Shown here piece after piece: positions 9,846-21,427 of a stretch of 64,000 nt of DNA. The stretch lies in assembly GCA_963777955.1 (NCBI GenBank), contig CAVZSQ010000001.1, positions 1-64,000 of the forward strand, read 5' to 3'. Below the pieces are notes generated by a model. That model searched no databases. It was given only the letters and a program-made list of their open reading frames with translations, and was not told the DNA's origin. The translations under genes were made by a program, and so were the position numbers. The stretch's first letter is position 1; the number at the start of each line of letters is the position of its first letter. Source of the stretch: Calditrichia bacterium. GTDB lineage: Bacteria > Calditrichota > Calditrichia > JAJRVZ01.

Positions 9846-12800
9846 ATGAAAAAGTCGGTACTTATTTTTCAAATACTCTTAGCGCTTACTCTTTTGATCA
9901 GCTCAGGTTTCGGTCAGGGTACTCTGACGGGGGTTATCAGTGATTCTCTTACCAATGAAGCATTGATCGCAGCCGAGGTATATTTTCTCGGGACGGCCAT
10001 CGGTACGGTCACCGATATAAATGGTAAATACAGAATCGATGGTATCTCCGCAGGCACCTACAACCTGAGAGTTTCCTATATAGGATATCATCAAAAAAAT
10101 ACTATGGTGACTGTTAAAGCACGCGAAACAACTGTCCTTAATGTTAAATTAGCGCCGGGTACGGTAGAAGGGGAAGTAATACAGATCACTGCCCAGGCTG
10201 GAAGGACAGGCTGCCGCGATCAATCAGCAGATCAGATCAAAAACGATTATTAATGTTGTTTCCGAGGAAAAAATCCAGGAATTACCTGACGTCAATGCGG
10301 CTGAATCGATAGGACGTCTGCCCGGGGTGTCCATAAAACGATCAGGCGGCGAAGCCAATAAAATTGTCATGCGGGGATTAAGTGACAAGTACTCTACTAT
10401 CACCGTTGACGGAGTGAGGATTGCTTCGACTGATGAGGAATCCAGGGGGGTGGATCTGAGCACAATCTCACAGGGCTCACTGGCCGGAATTGAACTTTAT
10501 AAAGCTCTGACTCCCGACATGGATGCAGATGCTATTGCCGGGTCTGTAAATCTTGGTCACTAAAAAAGCTCCGGAGGAAAGATTACTCAGGTTAGATACC
10601 AAAGGATCTTATAACAAGTTGAATGATACTTACAGCCAGTATGATTTTAATTTGAGGTATGGGGAAAGATTTTTTAAGAACTTATTAGGCGTACAGGTCA
10701 GCGGAAATCTGGAGAAGAAAGATCGCAGTAAAGAAAATAAGGATCTCGATTACTACTATTATTACAATGCTCAAACTACCAGTTGGGACAGGTACAGGAT
10801 TGATGATTTTAATTTAAGGTATACCGATGAAACCAGAGACCGGCTTGGAGTCAGTATATTATTGGATGCTAATACTCCGGAAGGTGGATCGGTCCGGTTT
10901 AATAATGTTTTTAATAAAACTGAACGAAGATTTCTCGAACACGAACGAAACTATCCGGTACAGGACACTCCTGAGTATAATTATCGTGATCACGACCAGG
11001 AAACTCAAACTTATACCGGATCAATTACCGGTGAAAATTATTTCCTTGGACTGACAGAAAAATGGGGTATATCCTATGCCGTATCTAAATCTGCCAATCC
11101 CTTTGACTATAAACTCAGTTTTACAGAAGCAGGTGATGCAAATGATCCGCCAGCTGGTATGAGACAAATTCCTGAATCATTATATCATGGGCCACCCGAG
11201 GCCTTTATCCCCTATGCATACAATAATTTCAATAAAACAGTTTTAGACACTGCTTTTTTCCGCGATGAGCGAAACACTGACAGTGAAAAGAATATTTTTC
11301 TTAATCTGGCCAAAAACTATACCATCGGAAATTTATTGTCAGGTGAATTAAAAGTCGGTGGAAAATATTTATACCGCTCCAAGGACCGGTCGCTATCCGA
11401 ACAATATGCTCCTTACTGGATTTGGTCCAATCCATTTTTTGAATATACTTATGAATCTGGAACAATAAGGCGTAAGGATTTTAGCGGCACTTATTTTGAA
11501 GATCTTGTACTGGCCAATGGACTGATTGTCCTTTCGAACTTTCTGGATAAAAATCCTGTTAATAGAAAAATATACGACAGTGCCGATTTATATCCCTTGA
11601 TAAATAGCGATGCAATCAGAGAGTGGTGGAAACTCAACCGCAATGGGCTGCAGGATTCTTCTTTGACCAGTCCTGAATATGGGGAGAATCCTGAGGCAAG
11701 AGGCCGTTATTATGATGTTACCGAGAGGATTTCTTCCGCATATTTAATGAACACACTTAATTACAAAAATTCCGTTACATTTATCGCCGGATTGCGGATA
11801 GAACATGAGAATAATTACTATGCCGCAAAATATACGCCTTATGCTTCCGGAGGATTTCCCTGGGTACGCCTGGTAATAAGAGATACTTCCTCAGTCCATC
11901 ACGAAACGGTATTTCTGCCAAATTTTCATCTCTCTGTCAAACCTGTTGATTTTCTGAATGTGCGTCTGGTGGCATATAAGGGCCTGGTGCGCCCCGATTT
12001 TAACCAGCGCCTGCCAAATTCTATTACCAAAGCCCGCAGTACTGCTTTCCCGGGCAATAACTGGTATCTGGGGAATACCGGCTTAAAAGCTGCCAAGGCC
12101 TGGAATTTTGAAGTAAATACCTCGGTGTTCAGCAGTAAAATTGGACTGTTGTCAGTTTCCGTATTCTATAAAGATATTAAGGATATGTTTCAATCTATGA
12201 ATGGGTTGGCGATAAGGACTATTGATGATCTTAGAAAATTCGGTGTTACGCTTGAAAAAAGTCCTTATCCCAATGATCCTTTTGTCATCTGGTATACTTA
12301 TAATTCAAAAAAGACTACCTGGGTTAAGGGAATAGAAGTGGAACACCAGGCTAATTTCAGATTTCTACCCGGTCTATTGAAAAATATTGTACTCAGTTAT
12401 AATTTCTCCATCATCAGATCCCGTACTTATGTGCCGTTTCTCGAGGAATATACAATACCGCAGCCCCCGCCTTTTCCCCCTTTAGAGCGGAACAGACCTG
12501 TCGAACGAAGATCCAAACTGGAAGGGCAGCCGGAATTTTTTGGTAATTTTTCTGTCGGGTATGATATCGGCGGCTTCTCGATCAGGTTCTCAGTTTTTCA
12601 CCAGGGTGAATATTATTCCGGCTATATGACCAATGATCAAACGGGTACTGATCGGACTGTAGATAAATTCACCAGGTTGGATCTGGCCGTTAAACAAAAG
12701 ATCACCAGGAATATAGATTTGATGTTAAGTATTAACAATCTGACCGATGTCGAGGAAAGTACGACAAACCATAATAAAGCATACGGCTGGAACCTGTTGA

Positions 12801-12856
12801 ACAGCAGTGAAAAATATGGTACCACCGCTGATCTTGGATTAAGAATAACATTATAA
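9846..12856 (+). CDS. TonB-dependent receptor with N-terminal CarboxypepD_reg-like domain (two +1 frameshifts near 10200 and 10553)
   Basis: Joined reading gives QAEGQAAAINQQ, ELPDVNAAESIGRLPGVS, KALTPDMDADAIAGSVNLVTK plug; barrel ends DLGLRITL. Confidence 0.88.
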
Positions 12857-12943
12857 ATCACGGTCAGTATAATTTTATCATGATTAAAAATTTATATTCT
12901 CATAATTAAACTAAACCAATTACCAATTTAACTGGAGGTAAAC

Positions 12944-14588
12944 ATGCGTACCTGTAATTTACGAAGATTTGTTTACGTGTTTTTGTTATTCCTGGTGCTG
13001 GCGCCAATGCTGGCATATGCCCAGGAAGATCCGCTCATCCTGGAACCATTCGGTGTATCGGGTCAATACTTGAATGCCCAGATTGATGCGGATTCACTGA
13101 CGCGGACAGCCACTCGTGTCTATGTTCTGCGCAGAGGGGATGATAGTTATTATTTTGTCAATGCTGTCATTAACAATGTTGGTTGGACTCTGCGGATCAG
13201 GGCAGAGGAGGGAGCCGGCCGGAGACCTGTTATTTATTTGTATGGTAATCCATTCCCCACGCATTTTGTTCAAATGGCCGGGGATCTCTGGTTGAAAAAC
13301 CTGATCGTCTGTGGTTTTGCCGAGAATATCGAAGGTGAAATTGCCAACGATCCCCCGCGGATGATCCGGGCACAAACTGCCGGTTTGAATTTTACCATGG
13401 ACGGCTGCCTGATCACGGAAACACGGGGCGAACATCTGCGTTTCGAACAGTCAATGAAAACCTGCAGAATAATTAACAATGTTTTTGCCAACCAGGGTGA
13501 CCTGGGTGGATCGAACCTTGGTGCCGGAAAGCCGATGGATTTCAGAAATGCTGCCATCGATTCAATCATTATCCAGAACAATACTTTTATCAATTTTCAG
13601 GATCGTATTGTCCGGCATCGGGCCAGTATTGTCCCGATCAAATACTTTTTATATGATCATAATACTGCGGTTAATTCCCTGGGATATCATGGTACCATTT
13701 CGCTGGATAATGTCGGGGATGAAGTGATCATCACCAATAATTTATTCTACGACACATTCGTCGCCGGTGCTGATACAGATGGTACCCGTCAGTCAGAGTT
13801 CGACGAAAGCGGTGAAAAGGATCTGCGCAATAATTTGGGTAAAATGTTCTGGATTTTCTCCGAACCCAATGATACCACAAATTGGACTGTAGCAGGAAAT
13901 TATTATACGGTTACCCCTAATGTACAGAACTTCTATGCATCAGTAGCAGCTGAAGGTGTTTTGGCAGAAGGTGCTCCTTTAACTCATCATATCATGACTC
14001 GTTTGGGTGCCGATTCAGTCTACTGCTTTCACCAAAGAAGCACTTACCATGACGAACATTCCCAGAGATATGGTTAATATGGCTATGTGGTATCGCGACT
14101 CGCTTGGTGGTAATAAAGATAAGAATACCCCCTGTGCCTGCTGGGATCGGGCCACTGATGACTTCGATCGCAGATCATGGCAGTATATGGCTGACACACT
14201 GGACTGTGGTTATGCCGATACTTGTGCTGCTGCTACCGGATCAACCACTGGTGGCCAGGTTGGGGATCTCAGATGGACACTGGTACCTGTCTCCGGTCTG
14301 ATCGATGTCGGTCAGGGTATTCCGCAAGCCTTTAAGTTAAATCAGAACTACCCCAATCCATTTAATCCAGTTACCAAAATCACTTTTACTATCAATAAAG
14401 TGGATCAGGTACGTCTTGAAATTTACAGTATCACCGGTCAGAAAATTGCAACTCTGCTTAACCAGAAAATGAAACCGGGTACTCACGAAATCGAATGGAA
14501 TGCCAGCCAGGTCGCTTCTGGCGTATATTTTTACAAGTTCAATTATGGATCGCTGACGATGACTAAAAAAATGGTCCTGATTCGCTAG
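12944..14588 (+). CDS. Secreted beta-helix-like protein with T9SS-type CTD, partner of the TonB receptor (+1 frameshift near 14021)
   Basis: Signal peptide, IIIQNNTF/YDHNT/IITNNLF repeats, GGQVGDLRW, LNQNYPNPFNP CTD; GGAGG RBS. Confidence 0.78.
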
Positions 14589-14611
14589 TAAGTTAGTAAT
14601 AGCTTCTTCAT

Positions 14612-14660
14612 AACCCCGCCGGGGCGAAAGGTCGATCTGTTCAAACCGGCGGAGTTTTTT
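14612..14660 (+). terminator. Hairpin plus T-run after the CTD protein gene
   Basis: AACCCCGCCGG...CCGGCGGAGTT followed by TTTT. Confidence 0.55.
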
Positions 14661-14682
14661 AAATTTTAAATACGGTAAAATC

Positions 14683-16290
14683 ATGAAAATATATAATCGA
14701 TTTATAAATTTGGGACTCTGTTTAGCGCTGCTTATTCTCAGTACAGCGCTCTGTGCCCAGCAGAATTCCAGCGAGGTATTTTTTAATGTGATGCGTTACG
14801 GTGCTGTAGCCGATGGTGTTACAAAAAATACCCGGGCCATTCAGCAAATTATTAAAATGGTCAGTGAAAAAGGGGGCGGCACTGTCTACTTCCCGGCCGG
14901 AGAGTACCTGACCGGTCCCATCCACCTTAAAAGTAATATCACCCTGTACCTGGAAAGCGGTTCGATTCTTAAATTCAGCCAGGACTTTAATGATTATCTG
15001 CCGATGGTGCAGTCAAGGTGGGAAGGAACCGAGGTGGTCAATTTTTCCCCGCAAATTTATGCTTACGGCGCTGAAAACATCGCCATCCGCGGCCGGGGCT
15101 TGATCGATGGACAGGGTGCTGTCTGGTGGGAAAACCGCGACCGCTATGAAAAAGATCCGAACACCTCTGAAAAAAATGGTCTGGAACCATGGCAAAAAGA
15201 GTTCGTTGAAAAGAATAAAAATACTTCGTCATGGTATTTCTGGAATGATAAAAAAGGGGGGATGGCGGCTCCCTTCCTCAGACCGCCCATGATCCAGCCG
15301 GTGGATTGTAAAAATATTCTGATCGAGGGGATTTCCATCAAAAACCCGCCCTTCTGGACCCTGAATCCGGTATATTGTGAAAATGTAACGATCGATGGAA
15401 TTACCATCACCAATCCGGCGGAATCGCCGAATACCGACGGCATTAATCCCGATGCCTGCCGGTATGTACATATCAGTAATTGTCATATCAGCGTGGGGGA
15501 CGATTGTATCACTATCAAATCCGGGCGGGATGCCGACGGCCGCAGGGTGGGACGGGCCTGTGAAAATATTACCATCACCAATTGTACCATGCTCGACGGG
15601 CATGGCGGGGTGGTAATCGGCAGCGAAATGTCCGGGGGAGTGAGCAAAGTTACAATTTCGAACTGTGTGTTTGAAGGCACCGACCGCGGCATCCGCCTCA
15701 AATCGATGCGCGGCCGCGGTGGCATTGTGGAAGAAATACGGGTCAGTAATATTGTCATGAGGAATATTACCGGGGAAGCCATCACCCTGAATATGTTCTA
15801 TAATCCGACTTCTGAAGAACCGGTTTCTGAAAGGACGCCATGCTTCCGTAATATCCATATCAGCGATTTAACCGTAAGCAATTCTAACAAAGCCGGCGTC
15901 CTGCTGGGTTTACCCGAAATGCCCATTGAAAATATCACTTTTAATAATTTAAATATGGACACTAAATCAGGTTTCTATATAAAAGACAGCCGCGATATCG
16001 GATTCCATAACGTAAAAATCAATACACAAAAAGGGGCTGCCATTACCGTTGAAAATTCAACTAAAATTGAATTTGACGATGTCAGATCAAATAATACACT
16101 TCCCGGTACACCGGTGCTGCAGTTGACCGATGTACAGGATATATTTATCCATGACCTCTGGCCCGGTACAGACCCGGACCGTTTTGTAAAACTGGAAGGG
16201 AAAAACTCCCGTGACGTTTATATTGAAGGGAATAAAATTCTATCGGTCGAGCTGCCCGGTCCAACTGAATTGAAAGCACAAACACAATGA
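14683..16290 (+). CDS. GH28 polygalacturonase
   Basis: NTDG, GDD, GHGG, RLK catalytic motifs; signal peptide. Confidence 0.92.
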   Translation: MKIYNRFINLGLCLALLILSTALCAQQNSSEVFFNVMRYGAVADGVTKNTRAIQQIIKMVSEKGGGTVYFPAGEYLTGPIHLKSNITLYLESGSILKFSQDFNDYLPMVQSRWEGTEVVNFSPQIYAYGAENIAIRGRGLIDGQGAVWWENRDRYEKDPNTSEKNGLEPWQKEFVEKNKNTSSWYFWNDKKGGMAAPFLRPPMIQPVDCKNILIEGISIKNPPFWTLNPVYCENVTIDGITITNPAESPNTDGINPDACRYVHISNCHISVGDDCITIKSGRDADGRRVGRACENITITNCTMLDGHGGVVIGSEMSGGVSKVTISNCVFEGTDRGIRLKSMRGRGGIVEEIRVSNIVMRNITGEAITLNMFYNPTSEEPVSERTPCFRNIHISDLTVSNSNKAGVLLGLPEMPIENITFNNLNMDTKSGFYIKDSRDIGFHNVKINTQKGAAITVENSTKIEFDDVRSNNTLPGTPVLQLTDVQDIFIHDLWPGTDPDRFVKLEGKNSRDVYIEGNKILSVELPGPTELKAQTQ

Positions 16291-17585
16291 AAAAGCATTT
16301 ATTTTCTGCAAATTTATGTGGTCTTATACTTACTGCTCTGCTTTGCAACTGGTTTATGTCCGGCTGTACAGGTAATTCTACCCTGGACAGAGAATACCCG
16401 CAGGTGATACCGCTACGCGTCGACAATAGCAATGGTCCTGACCGTGCCGATGAAGTGCTGACCATAAATATTAATTCGATCAAGAATAAATATCCTGATT
16501 TCAATGCGCAGGCGTACCGCGTACTGGACGGAGATCTGGTGCTGGCCAGTCAGGTTGACTACCTGGCAGTAGGCGAACTGTCCGGCCAGATCTCCTTTAT
16601 TTGTACTCCTATGGCAGCCGGGCAATCAAAAAATATAAGTATCCGTTATAACAGCCAGGGCACCAAAGTGCAAAACTATAAAAAACGGACCCAGGCTGAA
16701 CTGTCACATAAAGTCGGGGGTAAATGGGTAGGGCGTAAATATGAAGGGGGATCATTTGAAAATGTGGAACACCTGCGCGTCCCGCCCGAACATACCGATC
16801 ATTCATTTTTTATCCGTTATGAAGGCCCCGGCTGGGAATCGGATAAAGTAGGCTATCGCTTTTATCTGGATTGGCGAAATGCCGCCGATATATTTGGTAA
16901 AAAAACCACGGAAATGGTGCTGCAAAATACGGGACAGGATGGTTTTGAATCGTATCACCAGATGTCGGATTGGGGCATGGACATCCTGAAGGTCGGCGAT
17001 GCGCTCGGCCTTGGTTCGGCTGCCATGTGGATTGATAATAAAGCCGAACGTGTTTCAGTAACTGATTCTATCACCTGTGCCATCACCGCCAATGGCCCGA
17101 TACAATCGCAAATTCGGACGGATTATTATGGCTGGCAGGCCTTCGGCGGCGGCGGCCAGAAATACAACCTGGTCTGCTGGCTGACCATCAATGCCGGCAG
17201 CCGTCTGACGCATTGTAAATTGCAGATTTCCGGAGAGCCTCCCAATCTGTGCACAGGAATTGTTAAAAGTGATTCAGCGGCGGTCTTTTACAATCAGGAT
17301 ACCACCCGGACCTGGCAATACCTGGCTACTTATGGAATGCAAAGCCTGGCCAATGACCGGCTTGGTATGGCAATTCTGTACCGGCAATCTGATCTGCTGG
17401 AAAATACAGCCGATGCTTTGAATCAGGTTGTGGTGCTAAAACCTCAAAACGGAATAGTGGACTATTATTTTCTGGCAGCCTGGGAAAAAGAACCGGGAGG
17501 AATTGTCACACTGGAACAGTTCCGGCAATACCTGGATCAGACTGTAAATACTCTGGATGCACCGGTTAAGGTGACCCTGAACTAG
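16287..17585 (+). CDS. DUF4861-family lipoprotein
   Basis: GPGWESDKVGYRFY..DIFGK..DWGMDILKVG.ALGLG; lipobox MSGC. Confidence 0.75.
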   Translation: MKKHLFSANLCGLILTALLCNWFMSGCTGNSTLDREYPQVIPLRVDNSNGPDRADEVLTININSIKNKYPDFNAQAYRVLDGDLVLASQVDYLAVGELSGQISFICTPMAAGQSKNISIRYNSQGTKVQNYKKRTQAELSHKVGGKWVGRKYEGGSFENVEHLRVPPEHTDHSFFIRYEGPGWESDKVGYRFYLDWRNAADIFGKKTTEMVLQNTGQDGFESYHQMSDWGMDILKVGDALGLGSAAMWIDNKAERVSVTDSITCAITANGPIQSQIRTDYYGWQAFGGGGQKYNLVCWLTINAGSRLTHCKLQISGEPPNLCTGIVKSDSAAVFYNQDTTRTWQYLATYGMQSLANDRLGMAILYRQSDLLENTADALNQVVVLKPQNGIVDYYFLAAWEKEPGGIVTLEQFRQYLDQTVNTLDAPVKVTLN

Positions 17586-17610
17586 CCGGCGGTTGTGTAT
17601 CTTATGCTAA

Positions 17611-18918
17611 GTGAAATCGAAATTTATGTATATAGTACTTATTGCGCTTCAGGTTGCCTTTCTATTTGCCTCAATACCGGATACAGCCTTACCTGATAAT
17701 CTGGTTGTAGCGGGAGACGGCAGCGGTGATTATACAACAATCCAGGGGGCCATCGATGCAGCACCAGCTAACGCCAGCCGGCCGTTTGTAATCCTGATTA
17801 AAAAGGGTACTTACCAGGAAAAAATATACATCGACAAACCATTTATTACCCTGGTTGGTGAAAACCGCGACAGCACCTGCATCATTTATGCTGAACTGCG
17901 CTCCAACTGGCGGAAAGATCATTCCGACGATGACTGGGGAGCGGCGGTGGTAAATATCGGTGATAAGGCCAACGATCTTACCCTGGCCAATTTGACAATC
18001 TATAATAATTATGGATCATTATCAGGCGAGCATGATCATCAATTTGCAGTAAGGGGTTTTGCAGCGACGCGGATTATTATTATTAATTGTACTATTAAAG
18101 CAGACGGTGGGGATACACTTAGTTTATGGAATAAGATTTCCGGAATGTACTTTCACGCTGATTGCTATTTCGAAGGGTGGGTGGATTACGTCTGCCCCCG
18201 CGGCTGGTGCTATATAACCAATTGCCGGTTTTTTGGTTACAATACACCATCGGCAAGTATCTGGCATGACGGCGATAGCGACCCTGATCAAAAACTGGTA
18301 ATTCGTAATTCTTATTTTGATGGTAGGCCAAACTTCCCGCTAGGCAGGAACCATCGTGACGCCCAGTTCTATTTACTGGACTGCACCTTCTCGGAGAATA
18401 TGGCCGACCGGCCCATTTACCAGGTCAAGGATTCGACTGCCTACCGGTGGGGCAAGCGGTATTACTATTATAATAACCGTAGACCGGCTGGTGATTATAA
18501 CTGGTATGCTGACAATCTTCAGCAGGCTAAAGGATCACCGCTGCCTGAGCAGATCACTCCAGGCTGGACCTTCCAGGATAAATGGGACCCGGAAAAAAAT
18601 ATACCGGCCGTATTGCCTTATGCTTACCGGCTTGAGCCGGCCGAGGGTAAAATAAAAGCCGCCGCCGCCGAAGGCCTGCCTACTCTGCTTAAGTGGATAC
18701 CGGCCCGGGGAGCGAAGTCCTACAAGGTTTATTTTGGAACATCGAATCCCCCGGATTATATTGCCAGTGTATCAGAATCCGGTTATGCCCCGGGAAAATT
18801 AAAACCGCAGACGACTTATTTCTGGCGGATTGATGTCGAGACTGCTGCGGGTATTAAAGCAGGAACGGTATGGTCTTTTCAGACTGAAACGGACGGGAAT
18901 GTTCAAAAACCACATTAA
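17611..18918 (+). CDS. CE8 pectin methylesterase with C-terminal FN3-like domain
   Basis: VVAGDGSGDYTTIQGAID, GTYQEK, GGDTL, EGWVDYVCPRG, LGR; tail YKVYFGTS..TYFWRID..WSFQT. Confidence 0.85.
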   Translation: MKSKFMYIVLIALQVAFLFASIPDTALPDNLVVAGDGSGDYTTIQGAIDAAPANASRPFVILIKKGTYQEKIYIDKPFITLVGENRDSTCIIYAELRSNWRKDHSDDDWGAAVVNIGDKANDLTLANLTIYNNYGSLSGEHDHQFAVRGFAATRIIIINCTIKADGGDTLSLWNKISGMYFHADCYFEGWVDYVCPRGWCYITNCRFFGYNTPSASIWHDGDSDPDQKLVIRNSYFDGRPNFPLGRNHRDAQFYLLDCTFSENMADRPIYQVKDSTAYRWGKRYYYYNNRRPAGDYNWYADNLQQAKGSPLPEQITPGWTFQDKWDPEKNIPAVLPYAYRLEPAEGKIKAAAAEGLPTLLKWIPARGAKSYKVYFGTSNPPDYIASVSESGYAPGKLKPQTTYFWRIDVETAAGIKAGTVWSFQTETDGNVQKPH

Positions 18919-18946
18919 GGGTAATTAGTAATTGGTAATTGGTAAA
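18919..18946 (+). repeat. TGGTAAT-type heptamer tandem repeat
   Basis: gggtaat tagtaat tggtaat tggtaaa. Confidence 0.65.
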
Positions 18947-18951
18947 ACATA

Positions 18952-19101
18952 TATGGCGTCTACCCGGATGTGGTTCGCGATATTGCCAGGCAACTTGATG
19001 TGCCGTTGATCGATATGTACAAATTAAGTCGTCAAATGGCCGCTCTGGTTGTCGGACAACTGAAGGCCACGGATTTGGAATTGAAAAAATATTTACGGTA
19101 A
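18952..19101 (+). pseudogene. Remnant 3' end of an SGNH/CE12 rhamnogalacturonan acetylesterase
   Basis: Translates YGVYPDVVRDIARQLDVPLIDMYKLSRQMAALVVGQLKATDLELKKYLR*; no N-terminus and no DxxH loop. Confidence 0.6.
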
Positions 19102-19183
19102 ATTAATAGAAGGGGTACGGGCAGGTTAATCTGCAGCTGATGTTATCTGGATGTAGAATCTAATACTGGAAGGAGATGTATTA

Positions 19184-20494
19184 ATGATCACGGAGAAACC
19201 AAAAAGTGAAAATCAAAATGTTGCCGGGATGAATGTGCCTCCTCCCGTTACAGCAGGAGGAAATTATCGCTGGGTCATTGTTGCTCTGTTATTTTTTGCC
19301 TCGACAATTAATTATATCGACCGGCAGGTACTGGGTATATTAGCCCCCTTTCTGGAAAAAGAAATCGGCTGGAATGAAATTCAATATGGATACATCGTAA
19401 CCGCCTTTCAGGCTGCTTATGCCATCGGACTGCTATTGGTGGGCCGGTTGATTGACCGCTTGGGAACTAAACTGGGTTATTGCCTGGCGCTGATCGGCTG
19501 GAGTTTAGCAGCCATGGGACATGCCCTGGCCCGGAGTGTAATGGGATTTGCTACGGCCAGATTCGCACTGGGGATCAGTGAAGCGGGGAATTTTCCGGCA
19601 GCTATCAAAACCGTAGCTGAATGGTTTCCGAAAAAGGAGAGAGCCCTGGCTACCGGTTTGTTTAATTCCGGTACGAATGTGGGGGCCATTGCTGCTCCGT
19701 TGATGGTACCCTGGTTAACCATAAATTATGGCTGGCAAATGGCATTCATTGTCACCGGCGCTATCGGATTTACCTGGGTAATATTTTGGCTGTTATTCTA
19801 TGAAAAACCCGAAAAACAGAAACGCCTGAAATCAAGTGAATTAACTTATATTCAATCAGATCCGCCCGATCCGCCGGTTAAAATTCCCTGGTTGAGTTTA
19901 ATAAAATATAAACAAACCTGGGCTTTTGCCATTGCCAAGTTTCTGACCGATCCGATCTGGTGGTTTTACCTGTACTGGGTTCCAAAGTTTTTATTTTCCA
20001 AGCACGGTATTACGCTGGATAAGATCGGGTTACCGCTGGTCATTATCTATGTGATGGCCGATATAGGAAGCATCGGTGGTGGCTGGTTGTCTTCGTTTTT
20101 TATTAAACGTGGCTGGACGGTCAACAAAGGCCGCAAGGTGGCCATGCTGATCTGTGCTCTGGCAGTTGTGCCGATTATTCTGGTCTCGCAGGTCTCTGAA
20201 TTGTGGATGGTAGTTGCGCTGTTGAGTTTGGCGACCGCCGCACACCAGGGCTGGTCGGCCAATCTGTTCACCACGACCTCGGATGTCTTTCCGCGCAAGG
20301 CCATCGGTTCGGTGGTCGGTCTGGGGGGTATGGCTGGGGCTATAGGGGGTATGGTGATTGCAACTATCGCCGGATTCATTCTGGAATTCACTGGCAGTTA
20401 TGTGATACTTTTTTTAATTTGCGGCCTGGTTTATCTGCTGGCCTTCGCAATTTTCAATTTACTGGTGCCTAAATTAGAAGCGGCCGAGATGTAA
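19184..20494 (+). CDS. exuT: MFS hexuronate transporter, ExuT-like
   Basis: Intact paralogue of 2654-3965; NYIDRQ, FLTDPIWWFY, AAHQGWSAN. Confidence 0.9.
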   Translation: MITEKPKSENQNVAGMNVPPPVTAGGNYRWVIVALLFFASTINYIDRQVLGILAPFLEKEIGWNEIQYGYIVTAFQAAYAIGLLLVGRLIDRLGTKLGYCLALIGWSLAAMGHALARSVMGFATARFALGISEAGNFPAAIKTVAEWFPKKERALATGLFNSGTNVGAIAAPLMVPWLTINYGWQMAFIVTGAIGFTWVIFWLLFYEKPEKQKRLKSSELTYIQSDPPDPPVKIPWLSLIKYKQTWAFAIAKFLTDPIWWFYLYWVPKFLFSKHGITLDKIGLPLVIIYVMADIGSIGGGWLSSFFIKRGWTVNKGRKVAMLICALAVVPIILVSQVSELWMVVALLSLATAAHQGWSANLFTTTSDVFPRKAIGSVVGLGGMAGAIGGMVIATIAGFILEFTGSYVILFLICGLVYLLAFAIFNLLVPKLEAAEM

Positions 20495-20503
20495 GAAAAA
20501 CTA

Positions 20504-20557
20504 ACCCACCTCTAGATCCCCTCCCTTATGAATAAGGGAGGGGACAAAGGGGTGGGT
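20504..20557. repeat. Nested GC-rich palindrome (REP-like)
   Basis: TCCCCTCCCTTAT-ga-ATAAGGGAGGGGA inside ACCCACC...GGTGGGT; similar element at 61677. Confidence 0.7.
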
Positions 20558-20586
20558 CAGTATGCAAAAGGCGAAAGGAACAAAAA

Positions 20587-21420
20587 ATGGAAGTGAGATA
20601 TACTGCCGACCAGGTGCGTTATCAGACCATGACCACCGCCGAACTGCGGGAGTCATTCATGCTGGAGAATCTTTTTGCAGCTGGTAAAACAGAACTGGTT
20701 TATTCTGATCTGGACCGGGCCATCATCGGTTCCGCTGTTCCCACCAGCAATGGATTATCTCTGGAAGCCAGTAAAAAAGAGATGGCGGCTGCTTATTTTG
20801 CTGAACGTCGCGAGATAGGTTTGATAAATATCGGAGCAGCGGGCGTGGTTAAAGTTGACGGCAAGGACTATGTACTGGAAAATCGTGATGGATTATATAT
20901 CGGCCGGGGCAGCCGGACAATTCTGTTCAGCAGCATAGATGCCCCAAGGCCTGCCCGTTTTTATCTGCTTAGTTATCCGGCGCACAGCAGTTACCCGACC
21001 ACGCTGATTAAGATGGCCCAGGCTAACCAGGTACACCTTGGTTCGCCGGAAGAAGCCAACCAGCGGATAATCTATCAATATATTCATGTCAATGGTGTGA
21101 AAAGTTGCCAGCTGGTCATGGGTTTTACCCAACTTGCCGTGGGCAGTATCTGGAATACAATGTCCACGCACACCCATCAGCGCCGCAGCGAGATCTATAT
21201 GTATTTTGATCTGGCTGCCAAAGATGTGGTATTTCACTTTATGGGTAAACCAGACGCCACCAAACATATGGTCATGCGTGACAGCCAGGTCGTACTCTCG
21301 CCGAGTTGGTCAATTCATTCGGGAGTCGGCACACGCAATTATGCTTTTATCTGGGGCATGGGCGGGGAGAATCAAGAGTTCACCGATATGGATGCAGTGG
21401 GCATGGAAATTTTAAAGTAG
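20587..21420 (+). CDS. kduI: 5-dehydro-4-deoxy-D-glucuronate isomerase
   Basis: SCQLVMG, WNTMSTHTHQRRSEIYMYF, SPSWSIHSGVG, WGMGGENQEF. Confidence 0.95.
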   Translation: MEVRYTADQVRYQTMTTAELRESFMLENLFAAGKTELVYSDLDRAIIGSAVPTSNGLSLEASKKEMAAAYFAERREIGLINIGAAGVVKVDGKDYVLENRDGLYIGRGSRTILFSSIDAPRPARFYLLSYPAHSSYPTTLIKMAQANQVHLGSPEEANQRIIYQYIHVNGVKSCQLVMGFTQLAVGSIWNTMSTHTHQRRSEIYMYFDLAAKDVVFHFMGKPDATKHMVMRDSQVVLSPSWSIHSGVGTRNYAFIWGMGGENQEFTDMDAVGMEILK

Positions 21421-21427
21421 TGAAACC

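Noticed and set aside
10195..10560. Programmed frameshifting or phase variation in the TonB receptor
   Set aside because: No long homopolymer or slippery site, and the same kind of indel occurs in housekeeping nuo genes
15229..15858. Long antisense ORFs such as 15229-15858, 31114-31689, 46476-47096 and 63641-63982
   Set aside because: Shadows of well-supported sense genes, with no motifs of their own
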